Below, piece by piece: positions 27,119 through 39,583 of a stretch of DNA of 64,000 bases; the first letter of the stretch is position 1, and the number at the start of each line of letters is the position of its first letter. Source of the stretch: Flaccisagitta enflata. Its lineage: Eukaryota. A model generated the notes under the pieces. That model was not told where the DNA came from. It ran no database searches and worked only from the letters and a program-made list of their open reading frames with translations. Made by a program: the position numbers and the translations under genes. The stretch is taken from positions 21,886,001 to 21,950,000 of the forward strand of contig OZ231126.1 of NCBI GenBank assembly GCA_965153355.1, in the 5' to 3' direction.

Positions 27119-28933
27119 CTATCTTGTAAAAGATAAAAGTCCAGGATGTTTTGTCATATTTCAGCTTTGATATACATGATTAAGTAGGAAAATTCGTGAC
27201 CAAAATGAAGCTAATAAACAGGGATAGCAAATGGCACCAAGCTGAGACTCAAAACTTTATTCGTTGGATGTTACATCAATATAAGTGAAATTATTTTTTT
27301 TTAAAAAAGAACAAAAAACTTTAATAAAATATAAGCACATGATGTTTGTTACAGTGTTGCTTTGATATGCAAAATTTTCAAAAACAAGGCCGGATACACG
27401 AGATAGTCCGCCAGCGAATTTGGGGGTGTTCATCAACGGGGAATGAACGCATGTTGCTGAACAATGCCATAGAGCTGTTCATGAACAACTAAAAAGAGGC
27501 TCTTGCCAAACAATTTTGTTCATGGAGGGCCCAAAAAGACCTGTTCATGACCGTTCATTGAGGGGTAAAAAAAGCCGTTGCTGAACAGGTAAAAAAAAAA
27601 ACACTCCACCAATGGTTTTGTTGGTGGAGTGGGTTTTTAGGCGAACTCTAACTCTATAGAGGTTTTGTCCGTTGGTGGTCGGTCCGTCGTCGGTTGGTCA
27701 GTCCGCAGGAGTCTAAAAGTGAAAAACGCTTTTTAACATTTTTGATGCTGACAGTTGCATTTCACCTGCCCACCCGTCCATAACTGCCGTGTATCGGCCT
27801 TGTTTACTTGTTCATGACACATGCTCATCTGGCTGTTAAAGAGCAGCAAAAAAAACAAACTTTTTGATAACAGAGATAAAGTGATCTTAGGACTATGTTC
27901 ATCAATACTGTTTTTTTGCAGTTCATGAATAACAAAATTTCATTGAGTGGATAAAAAATCCAGTGATTGAGTGAACCTTTTATGGGCACATATGAAAGAG
28001 ATTTTTTTGCTATAAATGAATTAGACTTGACTTCATTATTCTTAAATCATAAATGATGCTTATCTGGCTTTTCTTGAAATACCAAAATTTACCTTTTGAT
28101 GAACAGTTTTATTCAATGAGTAGATAAATGGTACAGTGAAGACTGAAGATAATACATATAGGGTATGAAGACAAAATTATTGGTGGAGTGGATTTTTTAG
28201 CCGTTCATGAACGCGCTTTTTATGGCCCTCTCTGAACAAAATCGTTTGGCAAAGGTCTCTTTCATTGTGTTCATCAACACCTGTATGGCATTGTTGCTGA
28301 ACAGGTGTTCATTCCCCGTTGCTGAACGCACCCAAATTCGCTGGCGGACTACCTGGGATACACGGCTACCCCAGTAGCGTGCGGGTGGGCAGGGGCTGTA
28401 ATTGAGGTCACCAGTTCATTTGGGCAGGAGCAGTGAAGCCAAAAATCCCAAAAACCCAAAAAAAGTAAAGTGTGACGGACGAACCAACGGACGAACCGAC
28501 GGATGGACCGACGGACGGACCGACGGACGGACCGATGGACCGACGGACCCACGGACCGATGGACGGACCGACAAAGCGGGGTGTAGAGTTGCGTAGCACG
28601 CGACTAAAAATCAGTGAACATTTTGAAGCAGTTGATCCGGGCTATCTATTGCCACCAAGCAGAGACTCATAGCTCTATTTGTTTGGATTCTATATCAAAA
28701 CGAGTGGGAATATTGATTCTCAGAAACTGTAACAAATTGTGTGGGAGCATTTTGCTTTAAAACGGCTTGATACTCTTTACCAAGGCATGCCCTCACAAAT
28801 TCAAGCGGTTCCTTAACTCCAAAAATATTATTCTGAATAGCTTAGTGGGCTTACAAAATTATTTATTATTTGAAATAAAATGAAATAAGATTATTTCTTT
28901 AGCCAGCTTGGACTTTTATTTTTTCCAAGATAG
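27119..28933. mobile_element. TA-TSD MITE (CTATCTTG termini) carrying a nested HINE and hAT-like MITE
   Basis: TA|CTATCTTGTAAAAGATAAAAGTCCA...TGGACTTTTATTTTTTCCAAGATAG|TA; related termini at 32936-33533. Confidence 0.7.
27400..28355. mobile_element. hAT-like MITE with long TIRs inserted in a HINE
   Basis: TIR TAGTCCGCCAGCGAATTTGGG / CCCAAATTCGCTGGCGGACTA; 8-bp TSD GGATACAC (27392-27399, 28356-28363) duplicates part of the HINE end. Confidence 0.8.
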
Positions 28934-29584
28934 TACTAGTATGAAGATGAGCTTGGCGGAACAAATTTTTATCACGTTGCCCAACCAACCAAAAAAGGTG
29001 CTTGTAGAGATTTTTTTGAAAATTCATGAAATTTCGATTTTTTTCCATGAAACATCCTCACACTATTGCGTTTAAACATAATTTAGGTAAAAAATTTTCT
29101 CATATTGATTTTGCTGCTACAATATGCTTAATATTGTATTGTTTTGTGTACAAAATCTGTCTAATTAGGCCTTATTTGAATGAAAAATGAGCTCAGTTAA
29201 CAAAATTCTTCCATGGATTCGTTAATGTTACTTCATCAGCTATACAGTGATCTATAGTTTTTTTAAAATTGAATCATTTAAAAAAATGGCTAATTCTACC
29301 CCTGCCCACTTGCCGTTTCTTGACATTCGCCAGACTTGTGCAAATTCGTTTTGAATCCAATCAGATGCACTTTTTTGTCGCGCGCTACGCGACTCTATAA
29401 CCCGCTATGTCGGTTGGTTGTTCGGTTGGTCTGTTGGTCTGTCACTGTTAGCTTTTTTGGCGTTCTCCGGCGTCTTTTGTATGTCTGCTCCTGCCCAATT
29501 GCTCAGGTAAGCCTTTTTTATCACCACCCCTGCCCACCCGCCCGCGACTTCAGCAGCTGTTTATCCGGCCTTGTTTATACAAAC

Positions 29585-29706
29585 CAGTGATGGCGCAATC
29601 GTACACGGAGGCGGACGCGTACTCGCTGTAATCGCCATTTTTGACTACTTTGTGTACTCGTAAGCGTAAGCGTTCATCATTCCAACGAGTACGCGCGTAT
29701 GCCAAA

Positions 29707-29800
<94 letters not shown>

Positions 29801-30001
29801 CGAGAGAGAGACAGACAAACAGACAAACAGACAGACATGTCGGACCTTTCAAGTATGCAACTTTGTTTTAGAGTGATGTGGTCCAACTCATGAGCTTCCA
29901 CGCTCATCAGCATCCACGCTGATCAGTAGTCAGGTTGCTTGGTAATGCAAAGGTTAAAGACCGCGCAAAACATCAAGCTCTTCTTCTCTCTTTCTTAGTT
30001 C

Positions 30002-30052
<51 letters not shown>

Positions 30053-30121
30053 TCATTACTTCATTCCTTCTGTCTTTCTTGTTTTTCTTTCATTCTTTCA
30101 TTCTTTCACTCTTTCTTTCTC

Positions 30122-30181
<60 letters not shown>

Positions 30182-30474
30182 TTTTTCTTTCTTCCTCATT
30201 ACTTCATTACTTCTTTCTTTCTTGCTCTTTTTTTCTTTCATTCTTTCTTCCTTCCCTCCTTCCTTTCTTTCTATATTTCTTTCTTTCTTTCTTTCTTTCT
30301 TTCCTTCTTTCTTTCTTTCTTTCTTTCTTTGCTCAGTTTTTCCCTCTCAATTGTTTGGTCACTTGGTAAGGCAAAGGTTCCAAAATCAAAACGGGTGCAA
30401 AACATCCAATTTTTTAAGTCTTCACTCATTAAACCATACCTTCATTTATTTTCTTTCATTCTTTCTTCTTTCTG

Positions 30475-30518
<44 letters not shown>

Positions 30519-30676
30519 TCAATTTGACCGAAATTGGCTTTACTGTGCAAGGGGGCAAGTGAATTTAGTCGTACGCGGTCAAAGATAGGTGGATTCGTAA
30601 GCGTAATCGTACTTGCTCATGCAGCAACGTACGCGGACTCGTAATGGGTCTAAAACGCATCGCGTTGCCATCGCTG
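29585..30676. mobile_element. hAT-like MITE containing (GA)n and (CTTT)n
   Basis: CAGTGATGGC / GCCATCGCTG termini; TSD ATACAAAC / ATCCAAAC (7/8). Confidence 0.7.
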
Positions 30677-32622
30677 ATCCAAACACTTAATCGATAGGCA
30701 CAATGTATTGCACACTTTCAAGCTGGAATTCCGATCTGAAAAGAAACCTTGGTAAAATTTGAAAAAAAAGATACCTATTTCTTTATGAATGGCATTTTAT
30801 TCGTCATGAAATGACAGAGCGTGCGTGCACACAACAAGACTAGCCTCTTTTTAGGTGCGACAAAGCACCTCTATAACTGGCTGTGTCCGTCTGTTGGTCT
30901 GTCGGCCGGTAACGCATTCGTTCGACGATCCACACGTCGCACCTATTGGCCTACTTGGCCTTGTTTCTTAAGATTCTACTACATCAGTCAGAATTCATTC
31001 TTTAGGAAGATTTTTGTATTTACTCAATCACTTACTTCAGTCAAAAGAAAATGCCTTACAGCCCTTACTAGCTATGATCAAGCTCATCGTGCTGTGCCTA
31101 GATTTAGATATGGAAAGAAATATTTGAATTCACTGAAGTTATCTTAAAACAAGTTTTATCATTCTTAATAATATTCAAGCTTTGATAATATTGTTAATTA
31201 CAAGTTATCTCTATGAAATGAGATAAAAACAAGCACAAAAAGGGAATCGTTTACCAAAATATTGACAAAAGTGTTGAATCAGTTTACATTCAATCAAGAT
31301 ATTAATGTTAAATTCTTTTCATGACGATAAAATAAACGATCTGTATTTCATACTTTGTACATTCGTTAATGTATTCTATTTCATACTGTATTGCATACTA
31401 CATTATTCCTCATATTAGCGCGGTTGGAACTTCATGTAGGTGATGGATCCTTTACCAGCGTTACCTGGGTATTCCATTACCCTTATAGAACACCAAACAA
31501 CTTGCAAAAGTCGTCTCCAATGCAGGAAAGGAATTTCGAATTCAGCTCAAAGAGTAAGGGTAGAGATGGAATTTAAACCAACATGACTATGATTACATAT
31601 CCAAATGGTGACATACTGAAGTCTTAAAATGACCTTGAAAATGACTGAAAAGGCTGTTTTAGCAACTGACCGAGTGACTGATAGATCGACCTACCGACAA
31701 ACTGACTCATCACCTTCATGAGTTGCGCGCACTACAAGAAACCACAACATTGATTTGAAAAGAATTACATGTTTCAAAATATTTTTAGTCGCAGACACGC
31801 GACTCTACACCTCGTCGTGTCGGTAAGTACATCGTTAGGTCAGTCCCAGATACTTTTTGATTTCGAGCAGTTTTTGCTTTATGGCCGTGTATCCGGCCTT
31901 GTTCAATCTTCATTGAATACAAGATTAAATCATTAATTCAGTAAAAAACGTTTAAAAATTCAGTTAAATTCTGTGAAATGAAAGAACAGGATAAAGAGAG
32001 TTAAAAAACAAGTGACGCGGGGGTCACATTGCAGATGGATGGCAGGGGCATGCAACCCCTATCCACACCCTAGCCCACCCCATACACATTCACAAACACA
32101 GAACAATTCAACTGCGTTTTTGCACTTTTCAACTCGATCATTACGGACTGACAGACCAATGGACCAAGGGATGGGCAAAGCCTCTTATAGAGCTGCATGT
32201 CTGCAACTAAAAAGATGAATAGAAAAAGAAACAAAGAAAGAATGACTGAATGAATAAAAGAAAAAAGATAATAATTGAAGATAAACAAGGCCGGATACAC
32301 GGCAATCCAGTCGCGGACGGTTGGGCAGGAGCAGTAATGCGAAAACCGCTCGGAATTGAAAAATGTGACGGACGGATGGACCAATTTACCTACCGACCGA
32401 CACGGCAAGGTGGAGTCGCGAGTCCGCGACAAAAAAGGAAGAAAGAAGAAAGACAGACAGAAAGAAGGAAAGAAAGAAAGAAAGAAGCAGGGAACGTAAG
32501 CAAAAGGTAGAGAGACAGACGGGCCGGCAAGACCACTCGGAATTCAAAAATGTGACGGACCAACCAACGAATGGACAGGCCCACCAACACGGCAAGTTGT
32601 AGAATCGCGTGTCCGCGACCAT

Positions 32623-32822
<200 letters not shown>

Positions 32823-32935
32823 GATGGAGAGACTGAGACTGGGCTCTAGTTACAAGTAAAGCCATTTGGCATACTCACTCTGCCTGAGCACGTTATCGTG
32901 ATATCGTGATCGTTATATAGAAGGAATACGTAATA

Positions 32936-33533
32936 CTATCTTGCTCAAATTAAGAGTCCTCATCATAGAAATTAATCATTTATTCTTAAATAATGATTAG
33001 TAAAACCTGTTATTTTGCGATAAAAGTTCATTTTAGCATATTTTGGCAGCAACTTTTGCTTGTATAGCAACTGTTATGGTCTCTTGTAACCCTACCATTA
33101 ATTTGTGTGTGACACGTTTCACAACTTCTTCATCTGTTTTTGCTTTTCTGGTTTTAAGGCAAACCTTCCACTAATTTTGTTGTAAAATCTAAACGATTTA
33201 AGCAAACGAGCTCTGCTTGGTGGCAAATGAAAGCTCTTTTGAAGCTCTTTACATTGGTCACCGATTTCCCTGACCTTCTATGATTGATATGTAAAGAATA
33301 TACTCATATGAAAATGCTGGAATTAAAAAAAAAACATTTTTCATAGATCAAAATAAATCATTTTACTTTTTCTGCTGTAAAATCTGAATGAATTGAGCAA
33401 CAGAACTCTGCTTGGTGGCATTTGATCACATTTTTGCAGGGCTTTTTAACAGTCACCAATTTTTATATGTTTTGTATGATAATTTAGCTACAATTCAAGA
33501 AAACATGCCGGACTCTTATTTTGAGCAAGATAG
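32936..33533. mobile_element. TA-TSD MITE
   Basis: TA|CTATCTTGCTCAAATTAAGAGTCC...GGACTCTTATTTTGAGCAAGATAG|TA. Confidence 0.8.
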
Positions 33534-34152
33534 TACCGTGATCACAATACCAAAAACGCGGTAAAGTTGAATCGCACTCCAACAGATTTCAAGGGACCAA
33601 TAATTTTCATCTGTTAAAGATGGAATTCTTTTGGAGCCATTAAAAGAAAACAAAGCCATGTTAAGGCCAATGAATGTGCCTTGCTTGATTAGGAATTTGT
33701 GAATAAATGTTTTTGATAAATGAATGAATTAATGAATGAGTGAGTGAATGAATGAAAATGAATATGGCAAGGCATGAAAGGTGATAGCAATGAAGAAATA
33801 CGTCTGAATCAGCCGTGTTGCACATTTCAAATGTCTGCGTGACCAACCGACCGAACGATTGACCAACCAACCAACTCAAAGACATGACCTCTTATAGACG
33901 TGGGAGGACACACTTTAAAAGGAACAAGAAACAAGGCCAAGTAGGCCAATAAGGTGCGACGTGTGGATCGTCAAATGAATGCGTTGTAAACCCAACCGAC
34001 CGACCAACCGATGGACAAAGCCAGTTATAGAGGTGCTTTGTCGCACCTAAAAAGGGACCAAGAATAAGCTTCTGTTATAGGCAGACTGTTGGCCTGTTAG
34101 CCTTGTTTTTTGTTTTTGGGCAGCGGCCGGTCTTGTAGAACACAGGGAACGT

Positions 34153-34261
<109 letters not shown>

Positions 34262-35901
34262 TCAGTGAGTGAGTGAGCCAGTCTGACAGAAAAGGGGAGA
34301 AACACAACCAGTGCCATCAAATTTCAAGCAACCACGTCTTGAGTTTCAGATTCTATCGAATCAATGTTTGATTAGAGTTGATTTTCTCGCGTTACCAACT
34401 TTGCAAATCATTGAAATGCGAGACATTTGTCCTGAATTCGAATGCTCAGATATCTTTGTTTTTAGAAGAATTCTTTGGGGGGGAGACAACATCCCGAGTA
34501 TAAGATGTGAGGGAATTTTTAAGGATTTTTAAAGCTGTGTCACGACTGTCTAAATGCAACCAAATAGCTGATTTTTGGTATACATCCTCCCTGCCTATTG
34601 TACTTTGACTAGGAAAGAATATTTGGGGCCAAAATACCTCCAAAATACCCAATTTACTACTCCAACCTACCACCATATCCTCGATTATGGATTATTTGGG
34701 TTTTCCATCCATAAATCTAACGTCAATAAGTTGAAAAAATGAATTTTCCTGGAGTGTCCTGTACTTGGGTAATGCTCATTGGATGTCACTTAAGAGATTT
34801 AGGCAAAAAAAATCAAAATTCATGTATTTGTTTTGTCACAAAATTGTCCGCAAGCAAACTTCACCTATTTTTGACAAATTTGCATTAATAACTCTCACTA
34901 CCTATATTTGAGCTTTAGACACCCTAAGTCTTTCATTTTAGTCCAAAAATTGTTTTGATCCACCCCTCAGCATTTCATCTTGGGGACCTACTAAGATCTA
35001 ACCACCCTACTACACCTCTGGCTTCACAACAGTGTCATTTGTCTAGTAGTTCCTACGAATTGACGTGAAGAGGTCGCAAGGGGTGTTGTCTCCCGCCTTA
35101 TTAGAGGGTGGGCACTATACATTATTCTCAAACTGAGCTAAAACCATCAAAAATGGAGAAAATGAGAATTTGAAATAGTAGGAAACAAGATTTAGACCCT
35201 TAGGAAACAAGATTTAGACCCTTAGATAGATATACCATACCCAAAAAAGGTCCTAAACGGCTCGAAATACGCTCATTTTGAGCACATTTTGCGAGGGTCA
35301 GATTTGAGCAAAAATGGGATTTTTTGGATTGATTTTTCTTAAATTTCAGTTACTATGCGTGACTTTTAAGATGTTTTCAACTTATTTACATATAAACATG
35401 CTTACCCAGTGAAAAAAATGACAAAAAGAGCTGAAAGTACAAATTTGATACTAGTGAGATACTCTTATAAGGGGGGAGACAACATCCCGAGTATAAGATG
35501 TGAGGGAATTTTTAAGGATTTTTAAAGCTGTGTCACGACTGTCTAAATGCAACCAAATAGCTGATTTTTGCTATACATCCTCCCTGCCTATTGTACTTTG
35601 ACTAGGAAAGAATATTTGGGGCCAAAATACCTCCAAAATACCCAATTTACTACTCCAACCTACCACCATATCCTCGATTATGGATTATTTGGGTTTTCCA
35701 TCCATAAATCTAACGTCAATAAGTTGAAAAAATGAATTTTCCTGGAGTGTCCTGTACTTGGGTAATGCTCATTGGATGTCACTTACGAGATTTAGGCAAA
35801 AAAAATCAAAATTCATGTATTTGTTTTGTCACAAAATTGTCCGCAAGCAAACTCCACCTATTTTTGACAAATTTGCATTAATAACTTTCACTACCTATAT
35901 T

Positions 35902-38167
35902 GCTGTGAGCTTAAAGAATTTATAAATGATGTTCGCATTTCCGAGTATGGAAATAATGTCTCTGATCATCTTCCTGTTGAGCTGACACTTCGCGTGAAAG
36001 TCACTGTGTCTGAAACAAGAAAACCTGTTTTACGACCTTATGTCAACTGGGGCAAATTGTCTCAATGCAACATTGACTTATTTGAGCAAAATCTGACACA
36101 GCGGCTCAACGCTATACGCATTCCTCCCGGTATTTTTCACGGCAGTCATATCTGTCTTAATGATTGTCACAAGGTGGATATAGAAAATTATTACAATGAC
36201 ATTGTATTAGCGATCTCTCATGCTGAATCCTGTTTACCTAAAACTAATCCAAATATTCATCGTTCTTACTGGTCAGATGAGTTATCTGAGTTGAAACGCG
36301 CGTCGATTGAATGTACTGATTTTTGGAAGAATTCTGGTCGACCAAATTCTGGCCCTGTCTATCTATGTAAAAAAAACTGTCACTATCGTTACAAGATAGC
36401 ACTTCGCAAACACAAAGCCTCTTCTCAAAATGAAAGGGTGGAAAAAATGTACACTGATCTAGTGAATAGCGATAAAAACTCTTTTTGGAAATCATGGAAT
36501 TCCTTTAACCGTACTGGTAATTCTATAGCGTCTAGAATTTGCGGTGAAACGGATGAAAAAAACATTTCTAACGTCTTTGCATCATATTTTGAATCGGTTT
36601 ATGGTGGTAACGACACACCTGAACACGTAGCTCTAAAAAATGATTTTGATGATGAGTTCTCATTTTACTTCTCACATCTAGTTAACGACGATATCATGTC
36701 CACTTACTTGTCTTGGTCTGATATGATAGAGATTGCCTCTAAGATTAAAATCGGCAAAGCAACGGCTGGTATTGTCAAACCCCAGCATTTCATAAATGGA
36801 GGCCCCAGATTGTTGCAGCATTTTCAAATTCTGTTTAACAGTATGCTTCAGCATGGTTTTGTTCCAACTGAATTTCTTAAGGGAACCATCTCGCCTATTG
36901 TTAAAGATAATCAAGGTGATACATCTGACACATCAAATTATCGCGGTATTACGCTGAGTAGCCTTCCCTCCAAACTTTTTGAATTTGCAGTTCAACTTAA
37001 GACTGCGGATTTGTTACACACTGATGATTTACAGTTTGGATTTAAACGTAAGACAAGCACCAGTCATGCACTTTATTGCCTAAAGTCCACAATCGAGCAC
37101 TTTACCAGTCACAATTCGCGTGTGTATGTTGCTTTTCTTGACTGTAGTAAAGCTTTTGACCGCATCTCCCATGATGGCCTTTTCACCGAACTCATGAATC
37201 GTAAAGTTCCATTGTGCATTATTCTTTGTCTCATTTTCTGGTACGGGAATATGTATTCGGAGGTGAAGTGGGGCTCCGAAACTAGTCGCTCTTTTGCAGT
37301 TCCACTTGGTATTAAACAGGGAGGAATCAACTCGCCTGATTTTTTTGCTGTCTATTATGATGGTATGGTTAATTGGCTCCGTCAAATGAAACTGGGCTGC
37401 CATATTGGTACCACGTTTCTTGCGTCTTTGTTTTTTGCAGACGATATAGTCTTATTGGCTCCAACAGGATCAGGTTTACAAAAAATGATTAATGAATGTG
37501 AAAGCTATTGTTCAACTTATGGACTTTCTTTCAACGCAAAAAAATCCAATGTCATGATTTTTTCCAAAAACATTGTCGACTATAGTATCATAGAACCTCT
37601 TACAATTACTGGTTGTAACATTGATATTGTTAATCACATAAAATATCTCGGTGTCACTATCACTAGTGGCCCAGCCTTTTCCTTTTCTCACGAGGCCGAT
37701 CTGAGATCCTTTTACAGATCAGCAAATTCAATATTGAACCAAATTCAAACAAAAAATGAACCGATCCAAATGCATCTTTTGTACTCGCATTGCGTACCGT
37801 GTTTTTCTTATGCCTCAGCAATGAAAGATTACTCGTCGAGACAAACAATTGATTGTAACACGGCTCTAAATGATTCTATTAGAAAAATTTTTACCTTTCA
37901 AAGATGGGAAAGCGTTCGCACATTAAGAGAGGGTTTTGGCTATCCATCTCTGACTGATATTTTTGCCAAGGCCAGGAAAAAATTTCACGAGTCACTCCCT
38001 GGCCACCGTAACCCGACTATTTCAAGTCTGTCTAAATACATGGCTGCAGACACGTAGTTTCACTTTTTTCTCTTTTTTTTTCTCATTATTGATGAATGAT
38101 GCTATTTAAATGATTTATGTATTGTATGCCACTGTCGCTTATTAAGTTGACGAATTAAACAAACCTC
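35902..38167 (+). mobile_element. 5'-truncated APE-type LINE retrotransposon (RTE-X-like; clade tentative)
   Basis: Interrupts unit A2 with a 5-bp TSD ATATT (35897-35901, 38168-38172); short 3' UTR ending CGAATTAAACAAAC. Confidence 0.9.
35904..38057 (+). CDS. LINE ORF2 (end of APE domain plus full RT), 5'-truncated but otherwise open
   Basis: Open from the truncation point: NVSDHLPV (APE C-terminal motif), NYRGITL, QFGFK, FLDCSKAFD, GIKQGG, FADD, KYLGV; no stops or frameshifts. Confidence 0.9.
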   Translation, partial: CELKEFINDVRISEYGNNVSDHLPVELTLRVKVTVSETRKPVLRPYVNWGKLSQCNIDLFEQNLTQRLNAIRIPPGIFHGSHICLNDCHKVDIENYYNDIVLAISHAESCLPKTNPNIHRSYWSDELSELKRASIECTDFWKNSGRPNSGPVYLCKKNCHYRYKIALRKHKASSQNERVEKMYTDLVNSDKNSFWKSWNSFNRTGNSIASRICGETDEKNISNVFASYFESVYGGNDTPEHVALKNDFDDEFSFYFSHLVNDDIMSTYLSWSDMIEIASKIKIGKATAGIVKPQHFINGGPRLLQHFQILFNSMLQHGFVPTEFLKGTISPIVKDNQGDTSDTSNYRGITLSSLPSKLFEFAVQLKTADLLHTDDLQFGFKRKTSTSHALYCLKSTIEHFTSHNSRVYVAFLDCSKAFDRISHDGLFTELMNRKVPLCIILCLIFWYGNMYSEVKWGSETSRSFAVPLGIKQGGINSPDFFAVYYDGMVNWLRQMKLGCHIGTTFLASLFFADDIVLLAPTGSGLQKMINECESYCSTYGLSFNAKKSNVMIFSKNIVDYSIIEPLTITGCNIDIVNHIKYLGVTITSGPAFSFSHEADLRSFYRSANSILNQIQTKNEPIQMHLLYSHCVPCFSYASAMKDYSSRQTIDCNTALNDSIRKIFTFQRWESVRTLREGFGYPSLTDIFAKARKKFHESLPGHRNPTISSLSKYMAADT

Positions 38168-39494
38168 ATATTTGAGCTTTAGACACCCTAGGTCTTTCAT
38201 TCTAGTCCAAAAATTGTTTTGATCCACCCCTCAGCATTTCATCTTGGGGACCTACTAAGATCTAACCACCCTACTACACCTCTGGCTTCACAACAGTGTC
38301 ATTTGTCTAGTAGTTCCTACGAATTGATGTGAAGAGGTCGCAAGGGGTGTTGTCTCCCGCCTTATTAGAGGGTGGGCACTATACATTATTCTCAAACTGA
38401 GCTAAAACCATCAAAAATGGAAAAAATGAGAATTTGAAATAGTAGGAAACAAGATTTAGACCCTTAGGAAACAAGATTTAGACCCTTAGATAGATATACC
38501 ATACCCAAAAAAGGTCCTAAACGGCTCGAAATACGCTCATTTTGAGCACATTTTGCGAGGGTCAGATTTGAGCAAAAATGGGATTTTTTGGATTGATTTT
38601 TCTCAAATTTCAGTTACTATGCGTGACTTTTAAGATGTTTTCAACTTATTTACATATAAACATGCTTACCCAGTGAAAAAAATGACAAAAAGAGCTGAAA
38701 GTACAAATTTGATACTAGTGAGATACTCTTATAAGGGGGGAGACAACATCCCGAGTATAAGATGTGAGGAAATTTTTAAGGATTTTTAAAGCTGTGTCAC
38801 GACTGTCTAAATGCAACCAAATAGCTGATTTTTGGTATACATCCTCCCTGCCTATTGTACTTTGACTAGGAAAGAATATTTGGGGCCAAAATACCTCCAA
38901 AATACCCAATTTACTACTCCAACCTACCACCATATCCTCGATTATGGATTATTTGGGTTTTCCATCTATAAATCTAACGTCAATAAGTTGAAAAAATGAA
39001 TTTTCCTGGAGTGTCCTGTACTTGGGTAATGCTCATTGGATGTCATTTAAGAGATTTAGGCAAAAAAAATCAAAATTCATGTATTTGTTTTGTCACAAAA
39101 TTGTCCGCAAGCAAACTCCACCTATTTTTGACAAATTTGCATTAATAACTTTCACTACCTATATTTGAGCTTTAGACACCCTAGGTCTTTCATTCTAGTC
39201 CAAAAATTGTTTTGATCCACCCCTCAGCATTTCATCTTGGGGACCTACTAAGATCTAACCACCCTACTACACCTCTGGCTTCACAACAGTGTCATTTGTC
39301 TAGTAGTTCCTACAAATTGACGTGAAGAGGTCGCAAGGGGTGTTGTCTCCCGCCTTTGCACTTAACAAGGCTAAGCCTGGAGAACCTGGTCGTGCGTCAA
39401 ACGGAGAAACAAGGTTTGAACAGTGACATTCTTTTTCAGTCCTATTTCCTAATTACATGTCATTGCCTATTGCACACGCTCGCAATAACAAGCA

Positions 39495-39583
<89 letters not shown>

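Larger units (their letters stand above)
34478..39354. mobile_element. Composite A-B-A-B-A element (A = 620 bp with TIRs, B = 373 bp), 4-bp TSD TTTG
   Basis: A1 34478-35097, B1 35098-35470, A2 35471-38361 (LINE inside), B2 38362-38734, A3 38735-39354. Copies are nearly identical. A termini GGGGGGAGACAACA / TGTTGTCTCCCGCC. TTTG at 34474-34477 and 39355-39358. Confidence 0.85.
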
